Below, in pieces: positions 19,624 through 29,341 of a DNA stretch of 64,000 nt. The stretch is from Chloropicon primus (Eukaryota), in the NCBI GenBank assembly GCA_023205875.1, contig CP060756.1, forward strand, positions 806,001-870,000, read 5' to 3'. A program made the translations under genes and the position numbers. The stretch's first letter is position 1; each line of letters starts with the position of its first letter. Under the pieces are notes generated by a model. It searched no databases. It worked only from the letters and a program-made list of their open reading frames with translations, and was not told the DNA's origin.

Positions 19624-22134
19624 ATGATGGAGGAGGTTCGGGCAAGGGCGACTCGGCCTTTTGGGGCGCACAAGGTTGTGCGCCGGGGGAGGCACTGGCC
19701 GAGAGGGAGGCGGAAGGGGCCACGCGCCCTGTGTCGTCCCCGCCATGCGGTCGTTTTCGCGGCAGACGCTTCTCGGAGCGGGGCTGACTCCATCGAAGGG
19801 GTGGGGAGAAAGGCCCCAGAGAGCAAAACCGTGGTGGGGACGGAGCCCCTGGTGCCCGCGCCGCGAGGCGCGAGGGGGATCGGCAACTTCTGGGGGTTCC
19901 TGACCTTCGCGGGAGCGGTCGTCGTCGCGAGCGTCGGTGGGGTGGTCCTGGGGGCGAGGTACATGACGCTCGTTCCGCAATACTCGGAGAGCGCGAGGGC
20001 GAGGGCGAAGCGGTTGAACGAGGCGGAGCGGAACTCGAACAGGAACTGGGACTGGCCCATGTCCCAGACGCAGTTCGCCAAAGGGAGCGAAACCGTTGAG
20101 TGGCTCAACGCTGCCCTGAGAAAGGTGTGGCGGGTTTACATGAAGCAGATTGAAAGGTGGATCGAGAGGAGGCTGCAGAGGGCGATAGACGGGGCTGTCC
20201 TTCGCAGGAAGATCAGGGAGAGGAAGAGGAAGGAGGAGGGCGACTTCGTGCCGCTCTTCAACCTAAACAGCGTGAAGCTGGTGGAGCTCAAGCTCGATTT
20301 CCAGCCCCCGGTCTTGAGGGCTATCGAAAGCAGGAGCGAGAGCAGGAGGGACTCGGACATTGGGGCAATTGCGAACGTGAGGTATACCGGAGGCATGCGG
20401 GCGCTCTTCATGGTCGAGGTTTCCATCAGTTTGCAGGACAACGAGACGCCGGAGGAGATGAACGAGTGGCAAAGGAAGCTGAGCGGGGGTTACATGGCGA
20501 TAGAGGACGAGGATCGGGGTGTGACCAACGCTCTCGCCCCCCTGTCCCTCAGCAGACCTTGGCAGATTCGGATACCGGTCCAGGTGTACGACCTGGACAT
20601 CGAGTCCGACTTGTGGATCAGAGCGAGGCTGGCGCCCTTGGCTCCGTACGTTGGCCAGCTGTCACTGGCTTTTGTGGACTCGCCGGCCGTGGGTGTCCAA
20701 CTCGCGCCTTACAAGAGGGCCCAATTGATGAGGATTCCGATCATCCAGTCCTTCCTCACCAAGCTGATCACTGAGGACTTGCCGAACCTCATGATCTTGC
20801 CGAGGAAACTGAATTTCGAGATACCTCCAAGTTTGGCAGCAGTTGCAGGGGCAGCAATCGGGGACGACATCGTGAGGAAGGCGATTCTGAACGCGGTTGT
20901 CAATTCAGAGGAGCAGGAGGACATGCCCGAGGAGCAGCTGGAGGAGACCATGAAGAACTTGATGGACCAGAGCAAAGCCCAGGAAGCGCAAGAGAAGTCC
21001 CAGGGCATTATCAAGAAGATGGTCAGGCCGGTGCAGAGCGAGAGCGTCAAAGAGAGGATTGACGTGGAGAGCGATGACGAGGCCGCCGAGCAGATCAAGG
21101 AGCTGGTGAAGCCTTGGACGCAAGGGGGGATAACCTTGCCCGAGGCATTCGAGGGGGAGTTGCTGGTGACCCTGAACTCTGCCCGGGGACTCGCGACGTG
21201 GGAAGCTTTACCTGGCATCGTGACGATGTCTGCCCCTTACTGCAAGCTGGAGCTCGGCTCCCAGGTGGCGACAACGAGGAAGTACGTCCAAAAGAAGTCG
21301 AACAGCAAGAATCCGTTCCTGAAGCTGGGCGGCGCGCTTTACGAGCCTCTGCAGTCGTCAGAGCCGGTGTGGAACCAGGAATTCCAGTTCCTGGTCGAGG
21401 ACGCCTCCAAAGATGAATTGATCATCCAGGTCAAAGACACGAGAACTTTGCAGACAGAGTTCACGGGAAGGACGAACATAGGGTACACTAAACTTCGGGT
21501 GGCCGACCTGGAAGCTGGCGTTCAGACTCCAGTGTGGCTGACACTGCTGCCCCCTCGGAACATGCCGGGCGTCGTTGCGAGGACCATGACCACGGGAGAG
21601 ATCTTCATCGAAGCGACTTACAGGGCCTTCCAGGACGAAGAGAGTGACAGCCAAGTCTCGCCGGACGCCCCACAGGAGGCATCCGTTTCCTCTCCTTTTG
21701 ACGAGGACGACAAGCAGATCACGGACATCCGAAGCGCCGCGGAAGCGAGCACCAAGGCCGGGATAACGTCCTCGATGACCGCCCGAGCTCTTGCGATAAC
21801 CAAGGCCGCTTCCGTGAGGGCTTCTGTTGCCCTGAAGCAATTCCAGAAGGACAAGACGGTGTCCGCAGAGATTGTGACGGACGCGGAGGGCACGCCTCCC
21901 GCTGGCGGCGGCAGCGAGTTGGGGGAGGTCTCGGAGTCAAGAGTGCAGAAGATGATGGAAGTGCTTCAAGAGCGCTTTGAGAGGGACGAGGTGACGAGCG
22001 AGAAGCGTGCGGCGAGGTGGATCGCGAGGAGCGACCGCCCCTGGTTTCAACTCGTATCTTTCTTGCTTGGCACTGTGATCGTGCTCCTGGTGCTCGTGGC
22101 GTACCGCCTTGATCTGGTGATCAACTTTTCTTGA
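19624..22134 (+). CDS. SMP + C2 domain membrane protein (synaptotagmin-like/NTMC2), probably plastid
   Basis: N-terminal TM, ETVEWLNAALRKVW SMP start, LPNLMILP, PYCKLELG...PVWNQEFQFLV C2 domain, C-terminal TM. Confidence 0.82.
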   Translation: MMEEVRARATRPFGAHKVVRRGRHWPRGRRKGPRALCRPRHAVVFAADASRSGADSIEGVGRKAPESKTVVGTEPLVPAPRGARGIGNFWGFLTFAGAVVVASVGGVVLGARYMTLVPQYSESARARAKRLNEAERNSNRNWDWPMSQTQFAKGSETVEWLNAALRKVWRVYMKQIERWIERRLQRAIDGAVLRRKIRERKRKEEGDFVPLFNLNSVKLVELKLDFQPPVLRAIESRSESRRDSDIGAIANVRYTGGMRALFMVEVSISLQDNETPEEMNEWQRKLSGGYMAIEDEDRGVTNALAPLSLSRPWQIRIPVQVYDLDIESDLWIRARLAPLAPYVGQLSLAFVDSPAVGVQLAPYKRAQLMRIPIIQSFLTKLITEDLPNLMILPRKLNFEIPPSLAAVAGAAIGDDIVRKAILNAVVNSEEQEDMPEEQLEETMKNLMDQSKAQEAQEKSQGIIKKMVRPVQSESVKERIDVESDDEAAEQIKELVKPWTQGGITLPEAFEGELLVTLNSARGLATWEALPGIVTMSAPYCKLELGSQVATTRKYVQKKSNSKNPFLKLGGALYEPLQSSEPVWNQEFQFLVEDASKDELIIQVKDTRTLQTEFTGRTNIGYTKLRVADLEAGVQTPVWLTLLPPRNMPGVVARTMTTGEIFIEATYRAFQDEESDSQVSPDAPQEASVSSPFDEDDKQITDIRSAAEASTKAGITSSMTARALAITKAASVRASVALKQFQKDKTVSAEIVTDAEGTPPAGGGSELGEVSESRVQKMMEVLQERFERDEVTSEKRAARWIARSDRPWFQLVSFLLGTVIVLLVLVAYRLDLVINFS

Positions 22135-22192
22135 TAGATCACAAGAGAGTAACGTGTATAGACGTGCGTTGTGTAACATAAGAGTGGTACTT

Positions 22193-23125
22193 TTACTGAC
22201 AGAGCAAGGTGTACTCCCCCGAGCCGCAGTCGACCTCGTCGGGGCTCTCGACGCTGACGACGTCCACCCTCCCGAATCCCTCCAGGCTCTCCGAAGAGAG
22301 GAAGGACTCCAGTGCGGCGAGGAAGGGGGCCTGGAAGATTTCGGGGGCGTCGCCCTGCTCCTCCTCGTCGAAGGCGCTGACAACGAGGTCCTCCCCCTCC
22401 ACGGCCTTGTAGTACTCCTTGAGATCGGGGAGAACCTTCACGGTCAGCAGGATGCGGCCGCCGTCCAGGCTCGAGTCCGTGACGGGCACCCTCATCGGGT
22501 TCACGCCAAGCTGCCCGGAGAGCGCCGCCCTGAAGTCCGTCTCGTTGTACTCCGCGAACGGCACGTCGTCCAGGCGCATCGTCAGCGACACGGCGGGAAC
22601 GCAGCGGCACTCGAGCTCGGAGACGTCGAAGCCGTCGAACTCCCTCAAGTCCCTGCTCTCCATGACGCTGCTGTCCACCGTAGGGAAGGTGGTCGGCGGG
22701 CAGACGCTCCCAAAGTCTTCCTCGCACATCTTCTGCTTCTCCAGCAGCACAGCCAGCACCCCGCTCGCCTTCTTCAGCAGCAGCTCGTTGAACCTCCTGT
22801 CCTCCACCTCCTTCCTGATCTTGTTGGTGAACGACTCGGGGTGGTCGTAGTGCCCCCTCGGCCCCCTCGGCGTCCTCGGCTCGTTGAAGTACCGCCGGAC
22901 GCTGCCCACGGCGCCCACGGCGCCCGTGTTGAAGAGCGTGGAGGTCAACGTGCCGGAGATTCCGCTCAGGCCGAACAAGTTCGTGCCGTCCCCATCGATG
23001 TCCGCCAAGTTCCCCGGCATCGCAAAGTTCAGCACCGCCGGCAGCACAGAGCTCAGGGCGGCGTCGCTCGGCGTGGCCACCAGCAATCCCAAGAACAACG
23101 ACGCGACGAGCGCTCTTGACCCCAT
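22193..23125 (-). CDS. Secreted protein with a SEA-like module
   Basis: Signal peptide MGSRALVASLFLGLLVATPSDA; C-terminal domain resembles one in the adjacent gene. Confidence 0.7.
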   Translation of the reverse strand: MGSRALVASLFLGLLVATPSDAALSSVLPAVLNFAMPGNLADIDGDGTNLFGLSGISGTLTSTLFNTGAVGAVGSVRRYFNEPRTPRGPRGHYDHPESFTNKIRKEVEDRRFNELLLKKASGVLAVLLEKQKMCEEDFGSVCPPTTFPTVDSSVMESRDLREFDGFDVSELECRCVPAVSLTMRLDDVPFAEYNETDFRAALSGQLGVNPMRVPVTDSSLDGGRILLTVKVLPDLKEYYKAVEGEDLVVSAFDEEEQGDAPEIFQAPFLAALESFLSSESLEGFGRVDVVSVESPDEVDCGSGEYTLLCQ

Positions 23126-23588
23126 CCTTTCGTCACACAACAAGCAACCCCCTTCGTTTCCTTCCGTCCGTCGTCGTCGTCGTCGTCGTCGTCCGTTTTG
23201 TCGTTGCGCGCGCGCTCTTCCCAAACACACTGAGCTCCTTCCCAGCTGTCAAGAATTTTTCTGAATTTATTTGAGATCTCGTCTCTGCCAGCGTAACGGC
23301 TCGAATCAAGGAGCGGGAGAGATCGAGGGGAGGCGGGGGAGGAGGTTTGGGGAGCCGTGGGCTGCTGTGATGGGGAGGAGGGAGAGCGTTGGAAGGAGAG
23401 TTCGTTCGTCTCTCCCCACCTCCTTTCGCTTGTGGTATCATCGCGGAGAAATCTGAAACGAAAGAACTAACAATGATGAACTAACAATGATGATGTAATG
23501 ATGGTTGGGGTAACAAGCAGCTTGGATCTTCTTCTTTTTTTTTCTCTTGTGTCTGTGTCTTGACAGCAATCGGAAGGGTTCTTCCTTC

Positions 23589-25928
23589 TCAGGCCTTCTC
23601 CATCACCCTCCAGCGGAGGAAGGGCAGGATGGTCCTCTGGTCCCCGTTGCAACCGCAGGTGGACTCTCCCTCGCTGGTGCTCAGCGAGCAGTTTGGAGTG
23701 GAGAAGTTCCCGACGTCCGCGACGACCTCGACGAGCATCCCGTCGATGCTGAGCTCGGCCTGCCTGCCCTCCGTGATGGCTTCCTCCACGGACCTCTGGT
23801 GGGACCTGATCTCCAGGGGGAGCATGCCCCTGAGGGCCCTGGTGACGCCGAGTCCCTCGTAGAGCTGCGTCATGGCCCGCCTCAGGCCCCCGTCGAAGCC
23901 CCTCAGCGGGATGACCTTGGGGTCGACGTCCCTGTTCGCCAGCTCCTTGCCCCAAACGAAACCGCAGTTGTTGTCGAGGGTGGCGTTCCTGCAGCGGTCC
24001 AGCATCCTGCCCTTCATGTCCTCCGGGCCGAGGGCGAACTGGTCGCAGTACTTGTCCCCCGTCCTCGACACGTAGTCGAACGAGCCGACGCCCCTGAGGT
24101 AGTGGGAGGAAAGGAGCGTCTCCAGCAGCCTCAGGGTCTCCCTCCTGTAGTCCCTGTCGGTCGGATCGAAGGTCTTGGACCTGAACGTGAGGCTGTCCGG
24201 GTCGTCGTTGATCTCCTCCGTGGCGTCGAACAGGCCGAACCCGGCCGAGGTCGACGGGATCGTGGCGTTGGCCTGCGTCTCGTTCAGGAGGGTGGCGTTG
24301 GGGGGAATCTCGAAGATCCAGGTCGGGAGAATCACCGCGTTGACGATCACGCTGCCCTCCCTGATGTTCTGGATGAAGACCCGCTCCGGGGAGACCCTGA
24401 GGGCGGCGCTCATGCTCTGCTGGAAGCCCACCAGGTCAAAGTTGTCGATGCTCAAGTCCGGGAACCTCAGCGTCATTTGGATGCCCTCGATGCACCGGCC
24501 GCAAGTCGGATCGGCGCCATAGGCGGGGTGAAGCTTCGCCCTCACCTCGTAGGGTGATCCGCAAGCCTTGCAAGCTGGCGCGCTTTGCCTCGTCTCCTGG
24601 GCTTGCGCCCCGCCCCCTCCCCCTCCCCCGCTGCTCTGGGGTCTGGGTCTGGAGCCCCCGGTGGAGACGCGCTGAGACCTCAGTGGGTTCGACCGGCCCA
24701 CCAGTGACCTCGAGAGCGAGAATCCCCCGCCGCCCCCTCCGGCGACCGTCCTGGGGCTGAACCTGTTCGGCTGATAGCCCTCGTACTCGTAGTAGCCGCC
24801 GCCGTAGGAGCCTCCGCCCAATCCCAGGAGTCGGTCGCACTCCTCCGCGCTGTTCGCGTTGATGCACTCCTCCGGGCCATCGTAGTAGTAGTACAGAATC
24901 GTGCGGACGCAGCCCGGCAAGTCCCCGTTCGCCGCCTCGCAGTCGGCGCTGGTGACCACGTCGGCGACCACGTTCTCGTCGTACTCGCACGTCCCGTCCT
25001 CGTTGGTGGCCTCCGAATTGTAGTTGATCGCCGTGAGGTCCGTGCACCCGTTATACTGGCAGCTCCCGTCGTCCTGGTTCGCGTTCGCGTCGAAATTCAG
25101 GGCCGCCGCGTTCGTGCAACCCCGGTACTGGCAGCTCCCGTCGTCCGTGGTCGCACCCTCGAGGTAATTCTCGGCGTTCGAATCCGTGCAGCCGGGGTAC
25201 TCGCAGCCCTCAGCCGTGGTCGCTGTCGCGTCATAGTTGGCAGCGGACGCGTCGTTGCACCCGGAGAACACGCAGCTTCCGTCGTCCGTGGTCGCTTCGA
25301 GGTCGTAGTTGTCCGCCCCCTCCGCCGTGCACCCGGCGATGATGCAGTTCCCGCTGTCCTCGTTGGCCGCTTCTTCGTAGTTATCCGCGCGTTCGTTGGT
25401 GCACCCGATGACGGCGTCGACGTCCTCCTCCTCGCCGTCCACGATGTCGGGATCCGTGATGTCGATCTCGTCCTCGTCGTCCTCGTCGTCGACGGGCACG
25501 TCTCCGCCCCCGCCTCCGTCCGCGGGTGGGTCCTCGCCGTCCTCCGGTGGGTCCTCGTCGTCCGCCGGTGGCTCGTCCGCCGGTGGCTCGTCCGCCGGTG
25601 GCTCGGGCTCGGGCTCGGGCTCCTCCGCTGGTGGCGGGTCCACCGGTGGCTCGGGCTCGGGCTCGGGCTCCTCCGCTGGTGGCGGGTCCACCGGTGGCTC
25701 GGGCTCGGGCTCGGGCTCCTCCGCTGGTGGCGGGTCCACCGGTGGCTCGGGCTCCGGCTCCGGCTCCTCTGGTGGTGGCGATGGCGGCTCCACCGGTGGC
25801 TCGGGCTCCGGCTCGGGCTCCTCTGGCGGTGGTGGTGGCGGTGGTGGTGGTGGCGCCGGTGGCTCCGGTTCCGGTTCCGGTGGCGGAGGTGGCGGTGGGG
25901 GTACCGGTGGCTCGGTCTCGGGCTCCTC

Positions 25929-25961
<33 letters not shown>

Positions 25962-26033
25962 TGGTGGCGGTGGTGGCGGTGGTGGTGGTGGTGGTGGTGG
26001 TGGTGGTACCGGTGGCTCGGTCTCGGGCTCCTC

Positions 26034-26066
<33 letters not shown>

Positions 26067-26088
26067 TGGTGGCGGTGGTGGCGGTGGT

Positions 26089-26120
<32 letters not shown>

Positions 26121-26351
26121 TGGTGGCGGTGGTGGTGGCGGTGGCGGTGGCGGCGGTGGTGGTGGTGGTGGCGCCGGTGGCTCCGGTTCCGGTGGTGGCG
26201 GTGGTGGCTCCGGTGCGGGAGTCACGGTCTGCGCTCTCGCCGTCGGAGGTGCCAGCGACAGCGCGAGGATCCCGACCAGCACGCAGGCGACCACGAACAC
26301 CAAGGACCTCCTGCTTCGACCCCCTGGCGACGACGACGACGATCCCTTCAT
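23589..26351 (-). CDS. Secreted proline-rich (extensin/HRGP-like) surface protein with six Cys repeats and a SEA-like domain
   Basis: Signal peptide ending ARA-Q; poly-Pro and (EP)n tracts; GCT-x3-A-x-NY-x3-A-x2-DDGSC x6; NIREGSVIV. Confidence 0.85.
24987..25406 (-). repeat. Six ~24-aa GCTD...NY...DDGSC repeats
   Basis: Read in the translation. Confidence 0.9.
25560..26210 (-). repeat. Poly-proline (CCA/CCG)n tracts and 48-bp EPEPEPEPPVDPPPAE repeats
   Basis: GGT/GGC triplet runs on the + strand. Confidence 0.95.
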
Positions 26352-26671
26352 CCTCGCGTCGGTTTCAGGTCCAACTTTCCTGTTGCAAAACCCCTCCCTC
26401 GTATTCGTGCGTCCCCTCTCAGCAAAGCAAACGACGCGTCGAAACGCGCTCGTAACCCCTTGTCGTCCCCGTCGCTCCGACAACGAACTCCGTAACGCTC
26501 CTAACGCTCCGTCGTCGCAACCGATCGGGAGCGTTGTCGTCGTCTGTGCTTGTGGTTGAGCGACTCACCACAGCAGGCGTTACAGAACCCTCGAAACCTA
26601 ATTTTGCCTCCCATTCTCCCTGCTATTCTACGAGAGAAGCAAGGTATTGTGGACAAACGTTCCAAGAGAAA

Positions 26672-26696
26672 TTAGGGGTTTAGGGTTTAGGGTTTT
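26672..26696 (+). repeat. Short interstitial telomere-type repeat / telo-box (TTAGGGG TTTAGGG TTTAGGG)
   Basis: Plant/green algal telomere unit in the spacer between divergent genes. Confidence 0.7.
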
Positions 26697-26839
26697 TTCG
26701 CCATAGCGTCTCTCATAGAATGGTAGAAAAATAAAGCGCTTTTCGCGGGCGTCAGAGGACGACGACGGAGGAGGTTGGCCCTCCATCGCGCGCGGGCAAG
26801 AGACAGAGAGACAGAGAGACAGAACCACAACAACACGCA

Positions 26840-27793
26840 ATGGTGGTGGCTCGCGTCGTCGGCGGCGTCGTCGGCGGCGTCGTTCGCTCCTCCTCCGCCG
26901 CCTCCGCCTCCACCTCCGCGGTGTGTGCAAGGAAGAAGAATCATCATCATCGCGTCGTCGGCGGTCTTCCTCTTCCTCCTCGTCGTCGCGGACCACCGCG
27001 GTGGTCGGTGTCCTGCCCGTCGACGTCCTCGGAGAAGGACTCGTGGTCGCCGAGGGTGCCGCCCCGGGGTCCCGCGTCGTCGTCCCAGCAGCAGCAGCAG
27101 GAGTCCTCCTCCTCCTCCTCCCGGAGGTCCCCCGTCCCCCCGAGCGTTCGGGGGAGGCGGATGATTCTGGCGACCTGCGGCGTGCTCGGGGGGTCCCTGG
27201 CGCTGCGGAGGCTCCTCCCCCCGAGCGAGGAGCCCCCGAGGGTGTACGCGGACGAGGCCGGGCAGAGGTACCTCGTGACGGAGGGGGGCGCGGAGCTCGC
27301 CCTGTTCGAGGACGACAAGGGGAGGCCGTACTTCCTGGACCCCAAGGGCAACATGTGGTACGACAGCGGGGATCCGAGCGTCGGGATCCACAGGGTCGCG
27401 CCGGACGGCGACGTGTTCGCCCTGTGGGAGGACCCGAAGACGGGGGAGGTCCTGGAGAGGAGGCTGGGGAACCTCGACAAGGACCTCATCGACGTGGAGA
27501 CCAAGGAGTACGGGAGCCTCACGCTCTTCAGGGACGACAAGGAGGCGCAGGACGTCCCGCCCCTGTGCCGGGACGACTTGGACAACCTCGTCAAGTGCCT
27601 CGACCCCAGCGGGAACATCCGGGCGGACAGGGACCTGGAGTACCCCGACGTCCTCCTGGAGGGGCAGGTCAAGAACCTGGAGCGGAGGAAGAGGCTCTTC
27701 GGGGGGTCCCGGCCCGTGGCCCCCGGGGACAAGGACATCGAGACGTTCCGCCAGGGCGACATCGGCCCCCTCGACTTGGGCCTCTTCGACTGA
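26840..27793 (+). CDS. Hypothetical protein, probably plastid-targeted, with one hydrophobic segment
   Basis: Ser/Arg-rich N-terminus, RRMILATCGVLGGSLAL, then an acidic beta-rich region with strong GC3 bias. Confidence 0.7.
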   Translation: MVVARVVGGVVGGVVRSSSAASASTSAVCARKKNHHHRVVGGLPLPPRRRGPPRWSVSCPSTSSEKDSWSPRVPPRGPASSSQQQQQESSSSSSRRSPVPPSVRGRRMILATCGVLGGSLALRRLLPPSEEPPRVYADEAGQRYLVTEGGAELALFEDDKGRPYFLDPKGNMWYDSGDPSVGIHRVAPDGDVFALWEDPKTGEVLERRLGNLDKDLIDVETKEYGSLTLFRDDKEAQDVPPLCRDDLDNLVKCLDPSGNIRADRDLEYPDVLLEGQVKNLERRKRLFGGSRPVAPGDKDIETFRQGDIGPLDLGLFD

Positions 27794-28644
27794 CCAAGAG
27801 AGAAGAGAAGAAGAGAAAAGAAGAGAGATCATTCATTAATTGGTGTACAGAATGGTTTGCATCCATTTTGGATTTCCGCCGCCAAATTTTTCCCTCAGCA
27901 GCCTCCCCCTCCCCTGTACGTATCCCGTGTTAGCCCTCCCCCTTGGTGAATTCCCTAAATCCCAAGAAGGGATTAGTACGCTCGCCCCTCCCTTTCCCTT
28001 CGGACGCCCCCCTGGCGGCTTGGATCGAGAGGGAGAGAGAGAGAGCGCCGAGCACAGACGAGGTTGCGCAGGAGACGACAAGGTACGACAACGACGAGAC
28101 CAAGGGGACGACGAGAGCGACGGGGAAGGGGACCTCGCCTAGCCTAGGGGAAAGAACGCCCTCGTGCCTGGCTTCCTTCCCTCGCTCTCTCGCTTTCTCG
28201 CTCTCTTTCCGACACCAGGGCCAGCACCACCAGCACCCCCGTGCCGTGGGCTTTCGAGGGGAGACGGGCTTCCGTGTGGAAGGAGGGGGGTGGTGTGGGG
28301 GGGGGAGTCCTCCCTCCCTCCACCTCTCTCTCTCTCTCACTCACTCACTTTCTTTGTGTGTGTGTGTGTGTTTGTGTGTGACCGAGTAAGGCCTCATCGT
28401 CCTCCTCATTCGTCCTCATTCGTCCTCATTCGTCGCATACAAACACACAATCACACACACACAACACGAGTTTCCTCGTGTGCCACAAGGAGAGAGGGGG
28501 GCCCACCGTGCACGACACCTCGGCCGGACACCTGGAACGGAAGGAGACCGACCAACACACGACCTCGAATCGAAGGAGACCTCCTCGAATGGAGTAGGAG
28601 CGCGGAACTGACACTCCTTCCCTTTTTGTTTGCTCCTCCCCCAG

Positions 28645-28974
28645 ATGGTCAAGTCAGGAGAGGCTGTGACGCGTGAATACACGATCAACTTGCACAAGAG
28701 GCTTCATGGAATCACTTTCAAGAAGCGTGCTAGACGTGCGATCAAGGAGATCCGCACCTTCGCCCAGAAGGAGATGAAGACCTCCGACGTTCGCTTGGAC
28801 GTCAAGCTCAACAGGGCTGTTTGGTCCAACGGCGTCAAGAACGTCCCTAGACGTCTTAGAATCCAGATCCAGCGCAGAAGGAACGACGACGAAGACGCTA
28901 CGGAACAGATGTACTCCTACGTCACCGCTGTCGACGGAGTCGCGGTTGGCCAGCCAACCGTGGTTGTCGAGTAA
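28645..28974 (+). CDS. RPL31: 60S ribosomal protein L31 (eL31)
   Basis: [46 protein letters not shown] directly follows a CAG acceptor. Confidence 0.97.
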   Translation: MVKSGEAVTREYTINLHKRLHGITFKKRARRAIKEIRTFAQKEMKTSDVRLDVKLNRAVWSNGVKNVPRRLRIQIQRRRNDDEDATEQMYSYVTAVDGVAVGQPTVVVE

Positions 28975-29341
28975 CTAGACGCAAGGATAACGTTCACTAT
29001 TAAAAATGCTGCCTTGTAAATATTAGACTAGAAACTTGAAACTTTGAGACAGGAACTGGCCAAGCAACCACGCCACCACCACCACCACCGAGAAAGAGAG
29101 AGAGAGAGAGCCCGCGGACACGGAGGAGCAGCGAGGCGACGACAGGACAGGACTCGCGGGGGAGGGAGGTTTTGCCCTCCCTTCCCCAAACGTCCCCACA
29201 CCCACCCACCTCACACACACACACACACGCTCTCTCTCCCTCTCCTCTCCACTCCCACACTCTCTCCCATCTCCCCTTCTTATTTTTGTGGCTGACCACA
29301 ACTTAACGCCCAGCGGCACTCACTCTTACTCTCTCCACATC

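Noticed and set aside
25396..26559. Glycine-rich 387-aa ORF on the + strand
   Set aside because: Reverse complement of the poly-proline tract
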